32,400 nt of DNA, taken from Clostridiaceae bacterium. Lineage in GTDB: Bacteria > Bacillota > Clostridia > CAYPLH01 > DUMO01. A model generated the notes under the pieces. That model did no database searches. It was not told the origin of the DNA and saw nothing but the letters and a program-made list of their open reading frames with translations. This document shows positions 27,721 through 32,400 of the stretch, one piece after another. The position numbers and the translations under genes were made by a program. The stretch is taken from the NCBI GenBank assembly GCA_012839865.1, contig DUMO01000001.1, positions 1 to 32,400 of the forward strand. Direction: 5' to 3'. Each line of letters opens with the position of its first letter. Position 1 is the first letter of the stretch.

Positions 27721-28806
27721 TTACTTTCTCTCCAAATATCCTTCCGCCTTTAAAAGTTCTGCTATAAGCACTGCTCCTCCGGCTGCTCCGCGAAGGGTGT
27801 TATGGGACAGGCACACAAACTTGTAGTCAAATATGGGATCCTCTCTCAGGCGTCCCACAGTAATCCCCATACCCCTTTCAAAATCCCTGTCAAGGTGAGT
27901 TTGAGGTCTGCTTTCATCTTCAAGGTACTTGATAAACTTCTTTGGAGCATTAGGAAGACCCAACTTCTGAGGTTTGCCTTCAAATTCCTCCCATGCCCTT
28001 AAAATATCACTTTTTGAGGGTTTTGTTTCAAATATTACTGAGACTGCAGCCAGGTGTCCGTCTGATACGGGTACTCTGATGCATTGGGCTGAAATAACCG
28101 GTTTTTCTGCAGTTGTAATACCGTTTTCTGCTACGCTACCCCAAATTTTCAGAGGTTCTTTTTCGCTTTTTTCCTCTTCACCCTTTATGAACGGGATTAC
28201 GTTGTCTATAATCTCAGGCCATGTTTCAAAGGTCTTGCCTGCACCTGAAATAGCCTGATATGTGCAAGCCATGATTTTAATGGGATTGTATTCAAACAAA
28301 GGATGTATTGCAGGAACATAGCTTTGTATTGAGCAATTAGGTTTTACAGCAATAAATCCTTTTTTTGTTCCCAAACGCTTTTTCTGTATTTCAATCACTT
28401 TCAAGTGATTATAGTTTACTTCCGGTATAAGCATCGGTACGTCCATCGTCCAGCGATGGGCAGAATTATTGGACACTACCGGTGTTTCGGTTTTTGCATA
28501 TGCTTCCTCCAGTTTTTTTACCTGCTCTTTATCCATGTCCACCGCACAGAAAACGAAGTCAACCTGATTGCTTACTTTCTCAACTTCGGCTGCATTCTCC
28601 ACTGTAAGTTCCCCTATTTTCGAAGGAATGGGTGTACTTAGAAACCAGCGGCCTTTCACCGCTTCAGAATATTTTTTCCCGGCTGACCTTTCACTTGCAG
28701 CAACACAGGTAACTTCAAACCAGGGATGGTTTCCAAGCAATGACACAAACCGCTGTCCTACCATTCCGGTTGCGCCTATTATACCTACTTTCAATTTGTT
28801 GTCCAT
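27721..28806 (-). CDS. asd: Aspartate-semialdehyde dehydrogenase
   Basis: GATGMVGQRF, SNNSAHR, KPNCS (catalytic Cys), QAISGAG, RVPVSDGH, HNTLRGAAG; GGAGG RBS. Confidence 0.96.
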   Translation of the reverse strand: MDNKLKVGIIGATGMVGQRFVSLLGNHPWFEVTCVAASERSAGKKYSEAVKGRWFLSTPIPSKIGELTVENAAEVEKVSNQVDFVFCAVDMDKEQVKKLEEAYAKTETPVVSNNSAHRWTMDVPMLIPEVNYNHLKVIEIQKKRLGTKKGFIAVKPNCSIQSYVPAIHPLFEYNPIKIMACTYQAISGAGKTFETWPEIIDNVIPFIKGEEEKSEKEPLKIWGSVAENGITTAEKPVISAQCIRVPVSDGHLAAVSVIFETKPSKSDILRAWEEFEGKPQKLGLPNAPKKFIKYLEDESRPQTHLDRDFERGMGITVGRLREDPIFDYKFVCLSHNTLRGAAGGAVLIAELLKAEGYLERK

Positions 28807-28945
28807 TTATTTATCCCTCCATAAGAATATGTCCTCTGCAATGGATGCTCAATAAACATTATTATGCAGAAAATCATAAATTATTGTTTGTACTCTTTGA
28901 GAATATATGTTCATCCACCGTGGACATTTGTCCGTCCGTTAAGCA

Positions 28946-28974
28946 ATTCTAACATATGCAATATAAAAAATCAA
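28946..28974 (-). promoter_or_regulatory. Putative sigA promoter for asd
   Basis: TTGATT-17 nt-TAGAAT on the minus strand. Confidence 0.55.
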
Positions 28975-29193
28975 TAGAAAATTTAATTGCTTTATAAATT
29001 TGCCGGATGTTGCCTTTCAGAAGCCTGTGCAATCCGATAAACTGCAATAAGTGGAAACAAGCAGTTTTTCATCTGCCATGCTGCCTTTCGTAAGGCCAAA
29101 CAATCCGCAACCCGTTGCAGGCAAGTGCAGGCAATTTTTCACCTTTTTTGCCGCCCTTTAGGAATTCGCAAACACCTGCTGAAGGTTGCGGGT

Positions 29194-30474
29194 TTACTGT
29201 ATTCTTCTATGTTTGAATGTTTTTTTCTTTTCTGAATAGTCTGCAACAATATGCCCCTGGCCATAAAGTTTGTACTTGTAAATTACCAGACCTTCCAGGC
29301 CGACAGGCCCCCTTGCATGAATTTTGCCGGTGCCTATTCCAACTTCCGCACCAAAACCATATCGAAAACCGTCACTGAACCGGGTAGAACAATTCCAGAA
29401 GACATTTCCCGAATCCACCAGGCTCATAAACAGTTCGGCATTTTCCCTGTTCCCGGTGACAATAGAATCAGTATGTCCCGAACCGTAAGTATTAATATGG
29501 TCAATTGCCGACCTGATATCATCAACTATTTTTACAGACAGTTTATAGTCAAGGTATTCGGTCTTCCAATCCATTTCGTCTGCAGGAGCAGCATCAATAA
29601 CTTTCCTGGTCTCGCTGCAGCCGACAAGCACCACATTTTTCTTCTCCATTTCTTTTTTCAACAGGGGCAGATATTCTTTCGCAATGTCCCTGTGCACAAG
29701 AAGTGTTTCAAGAGCATTGCAAACCGCTACATACTGTGTCTTTGAATCTACGGCAATTTCAATGCCCATCCCAATGTCCGCATCCTTGTCTATATAAAGG
29801 TGGCAGATTCCGTCAGCGTGCCCAAGCACAGGTATCCTGGAATTGTCCATGATATAACGTACAAATTCATTGGAACCCCTGGGAATAATCAGGTCAATAT
29901 ACTCATCCAGCTTGAGCATTGCATTGACATCCTCCCTGGTTTCACATAAGTGAATCCACCCTTTCGGCATACCGGCCTTTATTGAAGCTTCATTGATTAT
30001 CTCAGCCAATGCCCGGTTTGTCTCTCTGGCTTCCCTTCCACCTTTGAGAAGAAGAGAATTTCCGCTTTTCAGGCACAGGGTTGAAATCTGCACCAGGGCA
30101 TCAGGTCTTGATTCAAATATAACTCCTATTACGCCTATTGGACAGCTTACCTTTTTGAGTAGAAGTCCGTCATCAAGCTCGGTTTCCGCCAGAATCCTCC
30201 CAACAGGGTCTTCAAGATTTATCAGGCTTTTAATTCCGGCGCAGACATCCGTGATTTTGTCATGGTCAAACTTAAGCCTCTTTAAAAGCGGCGATGCCAG
30301 GTTTTCCTGTTTGCTTCTTTCCAAATCTGCTGTATTGGCCTCAATTATTTTAAACTCATTCTCCAAAAGTGCATTTGCGATTTTCTCAAGGGCATGGTTT
30401 TTCAGCCCGGCATCAGCCCCACCCATTATTATGGAAGCCTTTCTTGCATTTTCCGCAGCCTTTATGATATCCAT
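29194..30474 (-). CDS. proA: Gamma-glutamyl phosphate reductase (glutamate-5-semialdehyde dehydrogenase)
   Basis: PIGVIGVIFESRP, LKGGREA, IIPRGS, GICH, CNALETLL, STRFSDG..YGFGAEVGI.TGKIHARGPVGLEGL. Confidence 0.96.
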   Translation of the reverse strand: MDIIKAAENARKASIIMGGADAGLKNHALEKIANALLENEFKIIEANTADLERSKQENLASPLLKRLKFDHDKITDVCAGIKSLINLEDPVGRILAETELDDGLLLKKVSCPIGVIGVIFESRPDALVQISTLCLKSGNSLLLKGGREARETNRALAEIINEASIKAGMPKGWIHLCETREDVNAMLKLDEYIDLIIPRGSNEFVRYIMDNSRIPVLGHADGICHLYIDKDADIGMGIEIAVDSKTQYVAVCNALETLLVHRDIAKEYLPLLKKEMEKKNVVLVGCSETRKVIDAAPADEMDWKTEYLDYKLSVKIVDDIRSAIDHINTYGSGHTDSIVTGNRENAELFMSLVDSGNVFWNCSTRFSDGFRYGFGAEVGIGTGKIHARGPVGLEGLVIYKYKLYGQGHIVADYSEKKKTFKHRRIQ

Positions 30475-30513
30475 TTACCATCACCTGCTTATTGTCAAAT
30501 ATTTCGTAATTTT

Positions 30514-30527
30514 AGAATAAATATGCG
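30514..30527. promoter_or_regulatory. ARG-box-like motif directly upstream of proA
   Basis: AGAATAAATATGCG matches the ArgR/AhrC-type TGAATAAATATGCA at 12/14 positions. Confidence 0.35.
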
Positions 30528-30530
30528 TTA

Positions 30531-31253
30531 CTACAGAACCTTGCCCAAAAATGCTTTTGTTCTTTCATTTTTTGGACTGCTGAAAATTTCCTCGGGATTT
30601 CCTTCCTCTGCTATAACACCTTCATCCATGAACAATACCCTGTCCCCCACCTCTCTTGCAAAGCCCATTTCATGGGTTACCACCACCATTGTCATACCTT
30701 CCTTTGCAAGGTTCTTCATAACATCCAGCACCTCTCCAACCATTTCAGGATCCAGGGCGGATGTGGGTTCATCAAACAACATTACATCCGGGGACATGGC
30801 AAGAGCGCGCACTATGGCTATTCTCTGCTGCTGGCCTCCCGACAGCTGTTTTGGATATGCCTTTGCCTTGTCTTCAAGGCCAATTCTCTTCAAGAGGGCA
30901 ATAGCAATCTCCCGGGCTTTTTGAACATCCATCTTCTTAACTTTTACAGGAGAAAGAGTAATATTCTCCAAGACAGTCATGTGAGGGAAAAGATTAAACT
31001 GCTGAAACACCATACCCATCTTTTGTCTCTGGAGATTTATATTGTTCTTTTTGCTGGTTATGCTGACACCTTCAAAAATAATCTCTCCCTGGGTCGGAAC
31101 CTCGAGCAAATTCAAACACCTTAAAAAGGTGCTTTTCCCGGAGCCGCTGGGACCTATTACAACTACCACTTCTCCTTTTTTAATTTCAGTGTTGATGCCC
31201 TTCAGTACATGGAGGTTACTAAATTTTTTATGCAAATTTATTACTTCAAGCAC
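30531..31253 (-). CDS. Polar amino acid ABC transporter ATP-binding protein (GlnQ/ArtR type)
   Basis: GPSGSGKS Walker [19 protein letters not shown] signature, [20 protein letters not shown]. Confidence 0.95.
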   Translation of the reverse strand: MLEVINLHKKFSNLHVLKGINTEIKKGEVVVVIGPSGSGKSTFLRCLNLLEVPTQGEIIFEGVSITSKKNNINLQRQKMGMVFQQFNLFPHMTVLENITLSPVKVKKMDVQKAREIAIALLKRIGLEDKAKAYPKQLSGGQQQRIAIVRALAMSPDVMLFDEPTSALDPEMVGEVLDVMKNLAKEGMTMVVVTHEMGFAREVGDRVLFMDEGVIAEEGNPEEIFSSPKNERTKAFLGKVL

Positions 31254-31941
31254 CTGCCCTCAACCTCCTTTCAAAAACTCCAAGCAGCTTCGATAATGAA
31301 AATGTAATTATAAAATAAATGGCAGCAGCGACTAAAAGAGGCTCCATAGGCATATAAGTAATTCCCCTGATTATCTGGGTGCTGTACATAAGATCCGCTA
31401 TGCCAATAACCGACACTATGGAAGATTCCTTTATTACTACAATAAACTCATTTCCCAATGCAGGGAGAATGTTTCTGAAAGCCTGAGGTATTATAATATA
31501 AACCATTGCGGTAAAATAAGACATCCCCAGAGACCTTGCTGCTTCCATCTGGCCTGTGTCTACAGCTTGTATTCCGGCCCTTATAATCTCAGCAACATAT
31601 GCGCCACTGTTTATGGACAGGGTTATAATACCTGCCATAAAATCTGCAAAGTCCACTCCCAGTATAGGGTCCAGTGCCGGTATATCCGGGAACTTAATGC
31701 CAATCCTGTCAAGACCGTAATATATAATGAATATTTGCACCATTAAGGGCGTACCACGAATAAATTCAATGTAAGCTGATGAAATAACCTTAAAAACTTT
31801 GAATTTTGACAGCTTCATCAACGAAAAGAAAAGCCCTATGAAAACACCGAACAATACGGCAAAAAATGCAAGCAATATTGTATTCTTTACGCCATTAAGA
31901 AAAAATGGATAATAATTTTTAATAAAGGCAAATTTCACCAA
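31246..31941 (-). CDS. Polar amino acid ABC transporter permease (HisM/GlnP/ArtQ type)
   Basis: [37 protein letters not shown] loop, [12 protein letters not shown]; overlaps the ATPase start; GGGAGG RBS. Confidence 0.95.
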   Translation of the reverse strand: MVKFAFIKNYYPFFLNGVKNTILLAFFAVLFGVFIGLFFSLMKLSKFKVFKVISSAYIEFIRGTPLMVQIFIIYYGLDRIGIKFPDIPALDPILGVDFADFMAGIITLSINSGAYVAEIIRAGIQAVDTGQMEAARSLGMSYFTAMVYIIIPQAFRNILPALGNEFIVVIKESSIVSVIGIADLMYSTQIIRGITYMPMEPLLVAAAIYFIITFSLSKLLGVFERRLRAGA

Positions 31942-32178
31942 TGATTCCTCCCAAACACACCTATATACAGGCTTAAAAAATTAAAAGGTCCCCCAATTCA
32001 AAACACTTATAAGTACAATCCACTTAACACTCTCATACCAGCAAGGTCCCCCAGAGTAGTCATCTGCACTTTTTTGATACTTCCATTAGCACAGATACCT
32101 TTACCGGCAAAAACCGGGGAAGCTTATATAACTTTTCCGAGTATGCTTCCCTTAACACACAAAAAGAGCTTTTTAACT

Positions 32179-32207
32179 ATTATACAGTCTGCAGTATAAC
32201 TATGCAA
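32179..32207 (-). promoter_or_regulatory. Putative sigA promoter for the ABC operon with an overlapping ARG-box-like site (32193-32206)
   Basis: TTGCAT-17 nt-TATAAT on the minus strand; TGCATAGTTATACT overlaps the -35 element. Confidence 0.6.
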
Positions 32208-32208
32208 T

Positions 32209-32230
32209 AAAAAAGAGCCGTTCCCGGCTC
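32209..32230 (-). terminator. Intrinsic terminator of the upstream partial gene
   Basis: GAGCCG-GGAA-CGGCTC-TTTTTT on the minus strand. Confidence 0.7.
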
Positions 32231-32276
32231 ATTGGAAACATGCTTTTTGACTATTCAGGCATACCAGTTGTTTCCC

Positions 32277-32399
32277 CTACCACTCCCTGTTGAATTTAAG
32301 GTCATCCAGGGCTGTCTGGCTGAGGTTGTACCAAAAAACTTCCCCGTGGTTCCTTCCTTTACCTGCAAGGTCCAACTGTGACGGCCTGTTTGCACCATA
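32277..32399 (-). CDS. C-terminal end of a gene running off the window (partial, unknown product)
   Basis: Open frame YGANRPSQLDLAGKGRNHGEVFWYNLSQTALDDLKFNREW* ending just before a terminator. Confidence 0.5.
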   Translation of the reverse strand, partial: YGANRPSQLDLAGKGRNHGEVFWYNLSQTALDDLKFNREW

Positions 32400-32400
32400 A

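Noticed and set aside
28807..29000. Lysine riboswitch or T-box upstream of asd
   Set aside because: No conserved core seen; the leader after the predicted promoter is only ~130 nt and AT-rich.
29007..29165. CRISPR array call
   Set aside because: Only two clear units at ~73% identity and no cas genes; kept only as a low-interest repeat.
62..31296. Numerous short antisense or alternative-frame ORFs in the six-frame track (e.g. 13470-13964, 24967-25464, 29251-29745, 30394-30924)
   Set aside because: They overlap well-supported genes on the other strand or frame and show no motifs or RBS; shadow ORFs.

Overview
AT-rich chromosomal window, apparently from a spore-forming Clostridia-class (Bacillota) bacterium; this is inferred from gene content and RBS/sigA patterns. 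No rRNA, tRNA, CRISPR array or transposase is evident. From left to right it holds: a hypothetical protein, a CE4 deacetylase lipoprotein, cobO, an uncalled 43-aa N/Q/K-rich peptide, a Cof-type HAD hydrolase, a stand-alone ATP-grasp-like protein whose motif order looks circularly permuted, and a DUF2284-like protein. Next is a GH18 gene plus a small membrane-protein gene, bracketed by two inverted copies of a ~195-bp nested-palindrome element. A large lipid-linked surface/protein glycosylation region follows (2 GtrA, 2 polyprenol-P GT2, 2 flavoproteins, 3 GT-C-type membrane proteins including a ~990-aa PMT/GT39-like fusion), interrupted by an MCP gene. The right end has a PHP phosphoesterase, a RuBisCO-like protein with a degenerate active site (RDDH), asd, proA and a polar amino-acid ABC permease/ATPase pair with ARG-box-like motifs. 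All family assignments come from motif recognition by eye; no database searches were run.
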